Origin: Gnetum montanum
Taxonomy: Eukaryota; Plantae; Gnetophyta
Length of the DNA stretch: 64,000 nucleotides
Direction of reading: 5' to 3'
Assembly: GCA_015680685.1 (NCBI GenBank)
Contig: MNCI01002485.1
Location: forward strand, 806,439-870,438
This document shows positions 51,792 to 64,000 of this stretch, one piece after another; position 1 is the stretch's first letter; every line of letters starts with the position of its first letter. The translations under genes and the position numbers were made by a program. Under the pieces are notes generated by a model. The model saw nothing but the letters and a program-made list of their open reading frames with translations. It was not told the origin of the DNA and searched no databases.

Positions 51792-53387
51792 GTTCCACAT
51801 TTTTGTAATTGTAGTATTTTTTCTCTATGTTGTGTCTTCCCACACTGCGGCATTAGTCCATTACTTTTTCTAGTTAATAATCCCATACCTATCCACTACG
51901 TAATCAATGAAGCTTGTTCTCCTTGTAACTTGAGGACGAGTTTTTATTTAGTCATGGGGGTATGATGAGATGCGATTCGCATAGGCCGTGATATCGCATA
52001 CGCGATATCGTGTCTGCCGCGATATCGCATCCCTCGCGATATCGCGTANNNNNNNNNNNNNNNNNNNNNNNNNNNNNNNNNNNNNNNNNNNNNNNNNNNN
52101 NNNNNNNNNNNNNNNNNNNNNNNNNNNNNNNNNNNNNNNTTTGTTATTTATTTAATGTTATTTACTATTTTCTCTCTCTCACCCTTAAACCCCTAGAACG
52201 TGGAACGAGTACGACTTGATTACGAGCATTTAAGTGTGACTGCTTGGTAGCCCAGTGGTGTAGCTAGGATCTACGCTTGGTAACCCAGTGGTGTATTTGG
52301 GATCTATGCTTGGTAATCCTAGTGGTGTACCTAGGATCTATGCTTGGTAGTCCCAGTGGTAGTCATGCACGAGGTCCAAGATGTGTACGGTTGATCAAGG
52401 AATCGGTTGCTCGTCGCACTTAGGCTAGATTAGATTTTCTTACCCTTTTTCTCTTAGCTTAGATTAGTTAATATTATTTTCCACTACCATCAGGAGTAGC
52501 ATACATTAGGAACACATCATACACCTCATCTGGACTAAACCATATGTGAAAAATGCAATACTAGTCCAGGTGGGAAGATAGTGAACTACGACCTAAGGCT
52601 AACTATCTAGGTGCCACAACTAGCCCATCTGCGGAGTTTGATCGGATCACACGTGTGACACTCATTTCGTATGGTTGAGTGTAGGGGTACCTCACCACTC
52701 ATCAGCAGTCCCAAATAGCTGCCAACAAATATGCCTTTGATGTGGAAGTTGAGCTAGGGTTACTCTTCATTAGCAAGCTACTTGTAGGATATGTTATACA
52801 TGACCTTCATGGTCATTTGGATTTCTGTTTTGCTAGTGTATGGGTATATTTTAGTTATTATAGTTATTATGTTGGATTACATTATTGTAATTAATTCACA
52901 TATAAGGCTTGGTTTTGGTTGCTCTAACCAAGCAAGAGTTTTAATTGTAATTCACATTATTGTAATCTTTTACATTATTTTTGTTCATTATATTTATGAT
53001 ACAATCATTAATTTTGGTTTTTAATTGTTAATGGATTCATCTTTTATGCTGTTAGAAATTCTCATATTTAACTTTGACATATAATTACTTAATTTCCACT
53101 ACTAAACTGGTTATGTACATTGAGGACAACGTAGACTTCATTGGAGGTACCAACATTGTTGAGATTTGTTTAAAATGTTTTATGGAACTATTTATAGTAT
53201 TTTATATATTTATGCACTAAGTTAAATTTATTTGCATTATGGTATCATGTTTTTTTTAATCTGGGTATTATGTTCTTATTATTTTATGTTATATGGATAT
53301 TTCCTTATAGTAAGGAACTTCTTACATGTCCCAATGCAAGAGTAATCATACGCAAGGACAATCATCAACATTTGTAGATCTGATAGC

Positions 53388-54720
53388 ATGGAGACATGCT
53401 TAGGAGGAGCAACAAGAGCACATCCACAGAAATCACATGGAGCATCTCAAGCACGAGCACTAAGAGATGAAGTTCCCTATGATGCCATTAAGGATACCTA
53501 GGAGCTTCAAGCCTCTCATGGAGCTTATGAACTCACCAATTTTTGCATCCTTGATAGTACAAAACATCAAGTTCATACCAATGAGACACAAGGTGTTCTA
53601 TGAGTAGGAGGCACATTAGTTTTAACTAACATTTTGGAGGATCTCACCTATGTCTTGGGCTTTCCAGTTGGGTAGTAGGTCTTACAATATAAGCAAGGTC
53701 CTTATTTTCTAGGTCTGTGAGACACATGTTGGACCAAACAAGAAGCACTTTGTGGTAGCATCTTTGTAGAGGAAGACTCAATTGGCTAAGCTCTTCTCAG
53801 AAGTTGTAATGGATAAGACAGGATGGCCCTACAAGAACTTTTCTCTAGAGAAGAGGTTTCTTACTAGGGAAGTGATGATAAATGTCCTTGGTAGCTCTCA
53901 TATCATACATGTCATGTCCTTTATCATGTTATTCATGAGCAACTTGGAGGGTTCTTATACCCTTAATTATTCATTCATCATTCTATCTAGGATGGAGTTG
54001 GTGATTAGAGATACCAATTAGGTCCCTTTTCCATTGGTGATGTTGACATTGTATTGGCATTTCCAAATTTGGCCACCAACCCTTCCAATTAAGGAGATTA
54101 TGGCATGGGATGAGGATCAATTCTTGAACTTGGGATATGCTTTCTCCATTGAGTTGCTATCCCAGACATAGTATAAGAGGTTTAGTGGATTTCTAACCCA
54201 CATGTCCCTAGTGATGGGAACAAGGCTACTTGGAAGGCTCAAGTGGCAATAGCAGTTTCAGTAGTAGGGCATGGCAAGTGATGATCAAGCTTTGGTAGAA
54301 GTCAAAGCATGATCATGACCTAGTTGAATGCATTGCAAGTGAGTCTCATTACACACTATAATGAGATGTAGACAGATATACATGCCTAATGTGAGTAGCT
54401 AGAGAGGAGGTAGTATTGATTAGCCTCTAATGTGAAGATCCTTAGCCATCAAATGTTTTTCAAGATGAGGGAGCTGCACCATAATTTCAACCATCAGGAG
54501 GTTGGTAAGTAGGTGGATCTAGAGTTTTTACTGATGGGCTCACCAAACATGGATGATAAGTAGGGTGAACCATTTGGTCCTATGTACTAGGTAAATAATG
54601 AGGGGAGGATTTTATGAGTGACAAGCCTAGTGAGGATGCTTCTCAACCTTCTTCTTCAATAGAGGCTCTTGTACCTCCTCCAAGGGAAGGCTCAACTTCT
54701 CCAACTTCAGAAGTTTGTTT
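53388..54720 (+). pseudogene. Heavily decayed orphan retroelement extra-ORF (Transposase_32-like) fragment
   Basis: ATG after tttgtag. DLTYVLGFPVG and LNYSFIILSRM...VPFPLVMLTLYWHFQI, then a coiled-coil-like tail. Many frameshifts. Confidence 0.45.
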
Positions 54721-56989
54721 TCACTTCCACTTTCTCCTAATCTTTTCTTTTGTATAATCATGGGGTATTATGATAGATGTGTGTTGATGTTATGCTATGT
54801 CTTATTTATTGTGATTCTTATTAATTCATGTACATTCATCCACTTTCTTTTATCATGACAATAAAGAGCTAGTTGGGGCTATGTTAGGATGTGAATTAAT
54901 GTCCATTTTGACTTGGTTTCTTCAATTATTGAAGTGGGACAGGTAGCTATGAGCTCATGCAACCCACAACCACTTGTAGCTTAGAGTCACCAACTAGGAA
55001 TAGGATCTTCAATGAGTCTTGAATCCATAGAAGAAAGAATGTTCATCCTATAATCACCAAAAGTGAAATTTAAAAGGAGGAACAAAGAGAAAAACATGAA
55101 GTTAGCTTTAAAAAAATATGGAGCAGCATAAGAAGTTGAATTAATTTTGACAATAAACTACAAGCTCATGTGATCCACATTAGCATGCAGCCCACAAAAT
55201 TTCTACTAGCTATAGATCATAGCCAACTGTTATTTATTTCTAAATAAAAAACACAAATTCATTAATGCAAATCCTTATGACTCACACATCTGTCATAGCC
55301 CATGATGGTCCTATAGGCCTAATTAATTATTTGACTATTAGGATTCAAATATTCAACCATTGGAAAAGGTTTACCAAGATTGCTAATCGAAGTCACTCAC
55401 AGTGATTAATTATCTTCATAATTCTTCATCAGGTCATGAAATTTAACTATTCTAACCTATGGATCAAGTACTTAGAAAGGGGGTTGAATATGTTCCCCAA
55501 TTTAAATACTAAAGCCACCAAAGAAACAATCACAAATTTTATGTGGTTCCTCAACTTGGATGCATCCAAGCTTGAAGGATAGAATCCATGCACATCTTTA
55601 AACTTTGTTTCTTCAAAAAGTGATTTGAAGGATACCATTCCTTGTACAAGCTTTCAGCTTCACTCCAAAGTATTTCATCACAAAAAACCACTCAACCCAC
55701 AAGGGCTTAATAAGCTCAAATTTTGGTTTAGAGGATCTGACAACCTTTACAAAATTGAGCTCTACACTTGAGTGTTTTGACATTGCAAAACCACTTAATC
55801 CCACAAGATCATAACAAGCTCAATAAAGATGTCTTCTTTCAAGAAGAACATCAACCTTGTAGGGAAACAAGAAAGAAATAAAAGAAACAAGGAAATAGTG
55901 TAACTAAATTTAGAAATCCTTGTACTTGAAGCTTAATATAATCAAAATAAGAAAATGATGCTAAAATGAATAGAAATTACAAATTTACTTAAAGTAGCCA
56001 ATGATGAATATTTTAATTAATAGTTCTTGCTCAATTCCCTAGATTTTTACTTTATATTATAGCCTCAAAGGTTTCACAAAGCCCTCAAAATTCATGCAAC
56101 AACTATCAAATAGCCAGTATAAACATCTACTTCAAACTTTAGAAATCTATTTAAGAGAGCCCTTAATGCAAGAGATATGTGTATCTTTAACTATAGTTGT
56201 CTACTTGTAGAGATCTATCTTGCAAGATAGAGATCTATTGTTTCATGTAGATGTCTACTCCACTTTTGCATTTTTGAGTCTAAGGCATTCGTTGTCCATT
56301 TGACATCTTGGTAGTCTTCAAAACATCTTTGTTTGTCTTATAGACCCTATTTCCATCCATGCTCTCATTTAGTCCACATAGTCTTCATTTTACCATTTCA
56401 ATGTAAATCTCATTTTTGAAGTCTCAAATCTCTATGTGAAGTTCTTGTTCATGGTCCTACAAAATTATCATTACACATATACATTCTCCATTTTCCTTAA
56501 CATACCAAAAGGTCAATAATCTCTCCCTTTTTGTGATGTTCAAAGCTTAAGAAGATCAGTTAGTGCATTTCATAGCATATAAATTAAATGATAAATAATA
56601 AAAGCATTTAAGACTTCTAATAATGGTAGTAGAGGCTAGTGTTGGAACAAGGATAGAAGGCTTAAGTGAATGGGTTAAAGAAAAAATGATAACACCAAGA
56701 AGTCTCCATAAATTTTCTAAGGATCAAACCTATTTCATAATATATCATGCTACCAGAAACATAGCTATTCATATACATAAACATGATAAACAATAATAAA
56801 TACTATCATAAACTATCCATCATCACATACAAGAGCTAAAAGGATCATAACATACTATCGTTGTTGCAATATGACCATAACCATGTACAAGCCACACAAT
56901 CCCCACACAATCCAAAAAATATACACAAAATTCTCCCCCTTTTTGGACATCATCCAAAAGGAGGAGCATCAAAGGAACCTAAACCAACC

Positions 56990-58585
56990 TCAATAGCATC
57001 ATCAGAGGCAGATACTACATGAGAAGACCTATATGTCTCATCCTCATCATCGTCACTATTGGTGTTGGCTCTAGTGCTGGAGATGTATTACTCATTGTCA
57101 TCATCTAATGGTGGAATATGTATAGGAGCTCTCCAAGGATGTAGCTTCACCTGAAATTTTGATGAAGTAAGTGAGGCTTGCTTAGAAGATGAAAAAGTGC
57201 CCTTCCTTTGATGTGTGATTAGATCTTCTAGTCTCCACTGAGAAGAAGTTCCAAAGATGCTCTCCATAACCTACTACTCAAATGTCATATGGAGCATGAT
57301 CATGAGGGTGAGAACTATGTCCAGGCTGGATAGGATTAAGAATCTCCCCTTGGACACATGCGAGCAATGCATCAAGCTCCCTAGAATTAGATGCATTTCT
57401 AGAGTCATATGCGCAAGTTGGCCCAGTAGCTACCAAGTGCCTAGCTAGAGTTGAATAGCCCTCCTCATTATCTGATATGGAAGGAGTGGTGATCTTCTTG
57501 AACTATTGTCCACTTGGAGGAAGAGGTACTTTAGCTACATCCATTCTCTTACGAAGGAAAGAGAGGTTCATTCCAATCATCCCAATAGTATGAGCAAAAG
57601 ACTTAAGCAACTTCTTGAGAGTGGATCTCATCTAGTTGCTAACTGATTTGGACCTTCTCAACTAAGAAGAGGCCTAAGGAGGTAATGCAAATTTCTTCTT
57701 CCTTAACTTATGAGGCTTGGTGCTAAATTCTGCAACTTTGGTGTGGAAGGAGCTCCTTTTCTATGAATACTCACCAAGCCACCTCTTTCCGTTAAGCAAA
57801 GGCATAGGAATGGAAACACATCTATGATGGACCAAAAAATTGATTAGATGAGAATTCCCATAGACACTCTCCTTGGTGAAGAGACTAAACATGTCTCTAA
57901 AAAGGATATGACCCAATTCTAGTGGTTGACTAGTGAGAAGGTAACAAAGAACAAACACTTGAGTTGGCAATAAATAGTTGTAACTTACCCCTTTTACAAT
58001 AACATTGTACAAAACAATGAGAGAGAAAGTGAAAGCATATAAAGCCATCTAATTCTTAAGTACTTTCCCACTATGTAAATACATAGACTATCAAAACAAA
58101 CCATCACAAAATTCATCATGGGAAATATAGATTACACCATTTGTGAAAATGTCAAACATGGAATCAATTGTAACCCTATGAACATCAGAACCGGGAATGC
58201 CAAGAATTGCATTGACAATTTATGGAGTAACTTCAATTAACATTCCCCCAAAATTGAAAGTAAAGGTACCAACACTAGCATTTGTAATAACAATGTTACT
58301 ATAAAATTCCCTGATAAGGATATTAGGAACATAAAATTTCATAAAAATAAATGAAATTAAATTTAGAACTTGGAAAAATGCCATAAGTTCCTTCTAACAT
58401 CATTGTTGAAAGCAAAGGGATCTCTTAGAAACTATAGTAATAGAGCAAGTTACCTCAAACCTGTGTTTAGCCTTGGTGGAGAAAAATTGATGAATATAAG
58501 TGATTGCACTACTTTATGATGCTCCCTACAACTTCTTACTCTTTCTAGGAAGACCCCTAGATGTTGCAATCTTTTTATGAAACAT
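56990..58585 (-). pseudogene. env-like extra ORF of the SIRE-like element (Transposase_32-like)
   Basis: ATG 58585, 4 nt after acceptor-like ttgtag. LIREFYSNI...FNFGGMLIEVTP*IVNAILGIP...LELGHILFRDM..YGNSHLINFL, then an acidic tail. Confidence 0.7.
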
Positions 58586-58999
58586 CAATCTACAAGGAGA
58601 TGTGCAAATCACCATTGTTGTGGAAGTTGTAGTCATCTACTCTTAATTGTTTATGTTTGGATATGGAAGAATGAGGGAAAATGAAGTGTTATTTTTATAT
58701 AATAGTGATCATCAAGGGCTTTTTATGAGAATTTAGATGTCTAACTTGACTAGTATATGTTTATCTCGCATCTACCTAAAACTTAGATAGACTTCTAATT
58801 TAAGATGTAGATGTCTATCTACCTATGTAGATGTCTACGTGTAGACATCTTAGCAAGAAAGGTTCAGGGGATAGCTACCATGGATTCTAGTCTTAAAAGA
58901 AATTCTAAATGATATGAAAACTTACGTCTACTTACCTTGCTTGCTGATGGAGATGAAGATGTCTAAGGAGCTTGAGAATGAAGTTTTTCTTTAGAAGTT

Positions 59000-60789
59000 C
59001 CTCCTTTCATACATATTTCTTCTATTTTTTAATGGTTGGTTCCCTTTCATAAAATTTTGTATGAAGGTTCTTTTACTTTCTTCCTTCTTCTTAATTCTCC
59101 ACATCTTTTTGTTCTCCTTTCCCTTTTGATTTGTCCTTCATTCTTCTTGTCCTACAAGATTGGGTAAGACCAAGAAGTCTTATGCTATGACCTAGTGTTC
59201 ATGTGATAGCATTTTAAATTGAAATTTCATTGCTTATGCACAAATATAATACAAGAATAACATCTAACCCTTTTATTTTGGTTAAAGTGATCAAACCCTG
59301 GAGCTACTCCTTCTTTGAACATAGTGCTAGTTGACACTTCAATCTTTGGAGTAGCTTCTTGTTTGGATGAATTTTGTGTCGATGCTTCTTGTTGTTGATA
59401 GCATCCTAGTCCACTTTTATCATGTGGACTTCTTCCTTTTCCTAGAACAATGCATAGGAATTTTTTCCCTTTGACTAGTCTTTGATTCACAAGTTTGGTA
59501 TCTACCAATTCTTTCTCCATCTACTTACAAGACAAGGTTAGTTTTTTTTTCTTAGCCCTTAGGTCTAAGTTTTCTTGTAGGAGGTAGAAATATTTAACAT
59601 TAAGTAGAGATAAATCTTGATCTTTCTCTTTCAAAGCTTTATTTATTTTTATACAAATATTTTGGAAGGACAATAGTTCATTGCATAAAAAATCATACAT
59701 TTCCTCATTAGCTTTAATTACTTGGTTATCATCTTCAATTATGTAGTTGTCATCATTTGTAAGAGGCATGAAGATGAGATGTGGATCATTTGTAGTGTCA
59801 TCAACCTCTTCCTCAATTTGTTCTTCATCATCCCAGGTAGTGTAGAATTTTTTCTTTTTCAAATCGACTTCATTTTTTATCTCTCCATTGCAACCTACCA
59901 ATGCTAGGAAATTCGGAGGCCACATGGCCTATTTCACCACATACCCAACACTTTATGGAAAATACATCAAAATTTGAATTTTTAGAATATTTACCTTTCT
60001 CTTTACCTATGAATTAATTGGAGCCTGGTTGGTTGAAGCTTCTCTCTTTCCTTGCAAGTATTTGAACTCTTCTTGAAGAGCTATTTCATCTTCTCTATTT
60101 ATTTCTTGTTCAACTAGCTCATTTTATTTTGATGCTAACTTTAGGGTCATAGGCTTGTCTTTTATTGTCCCTTCACTTATGAGATTCATCTCATAAGTAA
60201 TTAGAGCACTATAAATTTTAGCACTGGAAGGTATCTGATTTCTTCCATAGTAGTGACCTTGGGTCTAAACTTGGATTGTAAAGTTCTAATCATTTTTATA
60301 TTTACATCACTTTCTCGTAAGTCCTTACCTAGTCCTCTAATTGCTATGACAAAATTGTTTACCTATAGAGAAGTAATCCTTAATCTTTTCTCCTTCCTTT
60401 ATTTTAAGCTTGTCATATTCACTTTGCAATACTAAAAGTTTTAATTATTTAACTATAGATGTACCCTCATAAGTTGCCTCTAATTTTTCCAATATTTCCT
60501 TAGTAGTTTTACACCCAACTATTCTATTAAACTCTAATTTATTCAATGTATAATATAAGCAATTTTTGGCTTTAGAGTCATACATGAACTTATCTTTTTC
60601 TTCAGCAATCCATTTATTTCATGGCTTGAGTGCTTTTGTCGCATTGTTAATGTGTGGTATGTAACATTCAAGGATTAACTCCCATACTTCAAATCCCATA
60701 GACTCTAAGAAGCCTTGCATCCTTGCCTTCCAATATGCAAAGAAAAATCCATCAAACATTGGTAGATATGTCTAAGACATCCCCTCCAT
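59000..60789 (-). pseudogene. gag: Extended Copia/SIRE gag
   Basis: PMFDGFFFAYWKARMQGFL..EVWELI (DUF4219), AKEILEKLEATYEGT (UBN2), CWVCGEIGH knuckle, coiled coil and HDKSGLG motif. Confidence 0.85.
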
Positions 60790-63700
60790 TGCTCACTCTT
60801 AAGACTTGAAGCATGAACTTGAGAGTACTAGGCTCTTATACCACTTATTGATTGAGAAATTAGAATGGGGGTTAAATAAGTTTTCCAATTTAAATGCTAA
60901 AGCCACCAAATAATATACATAAATTTTATGTGCTTCACCAACTTGGGTATGTCCACACTCAAAGGGTGGAATTTATGCATACCTCCAAATTTTTGTTTCT
61001 TCAAAAATTAGTTTCAAGGGTATCACACCCTGTATAAGCTTTGAGCTCTACTCCAGAGTGTTTTGTTGCTATGAAACCACTAAACCCTACAAGGTCATGA
61101 AAAGCTCAAAATTTAGTTTAGAGGATCCCACAACCTTTACATAACTGAGCTATGAATAAGAGTGTTTTGATGCTACAAAACTACTCAATCCTACATGATC
61201 TCGACAAGCTCAACAAATATGTCTTCTCATAAGAAGAACATCAACCTTGCAAGGCAAAAAGAAAGAAAGAAACGAAACAAGGAAAGAGTGTGACTAAATT
61301 TACAAATCCTTGTATTTGAAGCTTAATACAATTAATACAAGCAAATGATGTTACAATGAAGAGAAAATACAAATTTACTTAGAGTAGCCAATGATGAATC
61401 TTTTAATAAATAGTGTTTGCTCAATTCCCAAGATTTTCACTGTCTTATAGCATTGGAGTTTGCAAAAACCCATAAAAATTTATAAATTTCATTTCAAACT
61501 TTAGACATCTATCTAGGAAAGCCCTCAATGTAAGAGAGATGTTTATCTTTAACTATAGACATTTGCTATTTCCTATAGACGTCTACTCTAATTTTACACT
61601 TTTGACATCTTGGTAGTCTTTAGAAGATCTTCGTTTGGCTTGTGGACTCTATTTCCATCCATGCTCTCATCTAGTACTCAAAGTTTTCATTTTAACATCT
61701 CAATGTAGATCTCATTTCTAAAGTCTTAGATCTCCATGTAAAGTTCCTATTTACAATCCTAAAAAGTTATCATTACACACATACATTCTACATTGTCCAT
61801 TTCCTTAAGGTTTTAACATATCAAAAGGTTAACATAACTAACAATTGAAGTTATTTCAGCATTGAATCAAAGCCAAAGTATAAAGCATTCACGAAAACAA
61901 AAAATATAGGAGAGAATAGAAAATAATAATAGTATAGATAAAAGAGTTTTGAAGAATATAGATTTTAGAGTGAATTGGAATTGTTATTGAATTATGTTAA
62001 TTGTACTAGAGATTCTTGAATAATAAGATAGTGCTTCTTTCTTACTTGAGAGTGAATTCATGTTGAGCATTCATTATCATAATTCTAGTAATTAACCCCA
62101 TGTACCTTATAGTCCTTCATTTGATTGATTCCCATACTTTTGCAATGTAAGAATGCAAGAAATTGATCAAAATTTCCACACTTGAATTTTTTTCCTCAAG
62201 GTAGACACCCTAGAGTACATTTGATATTTATCATTGAATCGTTTCAATATTATACTTCATCTACAAATAGATTCCAGTTTTAAAAAATAGTACTAACTGA
62301 TAACTTATTTAATGAGTGTCCTAGAAAATAGTTTGATTTTATGCTAGTTATTCTTAATGTTTTGTAAGGCAAATACATCACGCAAGACTTGCAAATGATA
62401 TTTTGGATTAACATTATGCCCTCCTTCAAACATAGGAATGTTATTCATATTAATTCATTTTATTTGACTATCCCTTTCATGCCTGGTAATAATATGAACT
62501 ACCTCCAAGATGTTTATCATGCTTCTTGTAGTGAGTAGTGGCTCATCATAGTCATCATATTCATGGTGGCCCCTCCTATGGACATGCATCCTATGATGTG
62601 GCCTATTGTGCCTTCTTTCCTAATGATGTCCCTCTTCTTCTTGCTACTCTCTATGCTTCCTACTACCATCTCTATGATGGGATCTTTTATCATCTACATC
62701 TTTGCCTCAATCATTTCTCCTTCTGTCTAAATTATGTTCCCCATTGTTAGAGTTTGACAATGAGGAGGATGATGAGAGTGGAGGAATATAAGAGTTTTGC
62801 TAGTTTGTCCTCTTTCTTTGATCCCTTATTTGTTGTTTTGATGAATGACTAGGGGACCTTGGCCTTGAGGTTTCCCTAATCCTAGAACTAGTTCTCCTTC
62901 TACCTTACTTTCTCACCAAAGTTAATGTGACCATTCATGAGTTGTGTTGTCCTCACTAAAGGGAGAAGGACCTCGGCACTGGGATCACCTTGATGGAAAT
63001 ACTGATTTTTCCTTCTCTAATTATAAAATTAGTGAGATCGATACCTTTTTACAGGGAATGCCTTCATGAGTTTATCTTTTTTGAGTTGGGCCTCTATTGA
63101 CTGAGAGCCCTTAGAGAGGTGTTCCTTCATTTGGTAATCTAAGGCTATTGGTTCAAGTTATAGCTTCATAAGAGCTACCATGAACATTAAAGGAATAGAA
63201 TGATTAAAAGACAATACAACATTGCCTTTCAAGTCTCTCCTATGTAGCTATTCATCTCAAATGAAAGATGAAAGTGAAATCAAAATAATATGGATTTAGA
63301 TGAGCATAGACCACCTTCAATTATTAATGTATCTCATTAGCATTCCTTCTAGGTCTATCATGTGATTTGTTGGAATCATCAACATGTGGTGAACTGTTCC
63401 TACGAGAAGAAAACATCTTAAGTTGCTCTTAAGAAATGTGCCTTGAATAAAATATTTTTATTTTTCTTAATATAATAAATTATACTTGTACAATGACCTT
63501 GTATGTTCTTACTATCTAAAAATACTTAGTGCACATAGCCAAAACAATGTTTCTGAAAATGACACTCATTATGAGCAACAGGTATTCTCACCACCTAACC
63601 ACATGTGTGTATGTGGAATCTAGTCAAATTTATGGATATCTGCTACCTAAATAACCTATGTCCTAGATAGTAAAATGTGTGGTTACTGGTTGTTGTCTTT

Positions 63701-64000
63701 TCAATTATCACTAGTATTAATTTTGTCCATATGCCTATGTGTAATTAAGATGTAAGATATTTTTATGTATAGTTTTCATTAATTTTTATCTATAGAAAAT
63801 ATTAAAGGAATAAATGGTTGAAATGTTTAACTTTACTAATTAATAAGTAAACTATCCTAAACATGGAGCATCTATTCCCACTTTCCATACACATCCTAAA
63901 TGTATACTAACACTACTAAGTTACTGAGGATTTCTTGCTTGGCATACCGAGTATTCAAAATTGGAATTACCAAAAATTAGTATATTATACTCAAAGTGGT

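Larger units (their letters stand above)
45608..52704 (+). mobile_element. Athila-like non-autonomous LTR element (gag plus env-like ORF, no pol visible)
   Basis: LTRs TGATGAG...CTCATCA at 45608-46533 and 51963-52704. TSD GCAGT (45603-45607, 52705-52709). tRNA-Asp-type PBS. Confidence 0.88.
1254..52727 (+). mobile_element. Outer Ty3/Gypsy (Tat clade) LTR retrotransposon, GAG-PR-aRH-RT-RH-INT, decayed, with four nested insertions
   Basis: Starts TGTTGACACATT at 1254 and ends GCCAACA at 52727. 5-bp TSD AATAT at 1249-1253 and 52728-52732. Homologous LTRs, PBS and PPT present. gag/pol frames rejoin across the nested insertions. Confidence 0.9.
42734..52727 (+). repeat. 3' LTR of outer element (about 2.9 kb, split near its end by the 45608-52704 insertion)
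   Basis: TGTTTGCACATT start. Homology to the 5' LTR. Last 18 bp (cccaaatagctgccaaca) resume after TSD GCAGT. Confidence 0.88.
55458..61834 (-). mobile_element. Sirevirus (SIRE)-like Ty1/Copia non-autonomous element (gag plus env-like ORF, no pol)
   Basis: LTRs at 60846-61834 and 55458-56518. TSD taacc/taact (1 mismatch). tRNA-iMet PBS (gctcttatacca, 60832-60843). Repeated PPTs (about 56519-56535, 56931-56945). SIRE-type C-rich U5 motif (agggggttgaata on +). Confidence 0.8.

Noticed and set aside
62538-63200. His-rich ORF and purine-skewed coding-like tract
   Set aside because: No recognisable domain or boundaries. Probably a very old TE remnant.

Overview
Plant nuclear heterochromatin (seed plant or fern; species not determinable from the sequence), made almost entirely of nested, decayed LTR retrotransposons. 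No intact host gene is present. An outer Ty3/Gypsy Tat-type element (1254-52727, TSD AATAT, order GAG-PR-aRH-RT-RH-INT, about 12.8 kb when reconstructed) carries four insertions: (1) a Mutator-like long-TIR composite in its 5' LTR (about 2314-11966); (2) a 3.4-kb solo LTR in gag (15001-18373, TSD CATAA) holding an intronless GT77 glycosyltransferase fragment; (3) a complete 18.5-kb Tat/Ogre-like element in its protease (19075-37612, TSD TCTAT, order RT-RH-aRH-INT); (4) an apparently pol-less Athila-like element in its 3' LTR (45608-52704, TSD GCAGT). A pol-less Sirevirus-like Copia follows (55458-61834, minus strand). The most unusual object lies inside the 18.5-kb element. Between protease and RT sits a decayed antisense gene of 8 exons (30239 to 25842, about 1100 codons) whose GT-AG junctions join in phase at 6 of 7 introns. 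It encodes an FCP1/NIF-type HAD phosphatase-like domain fused to a PMD/Transposase_32-like domain and a coiled coil. All domain calls are by eye from manual translation, not from database searches.
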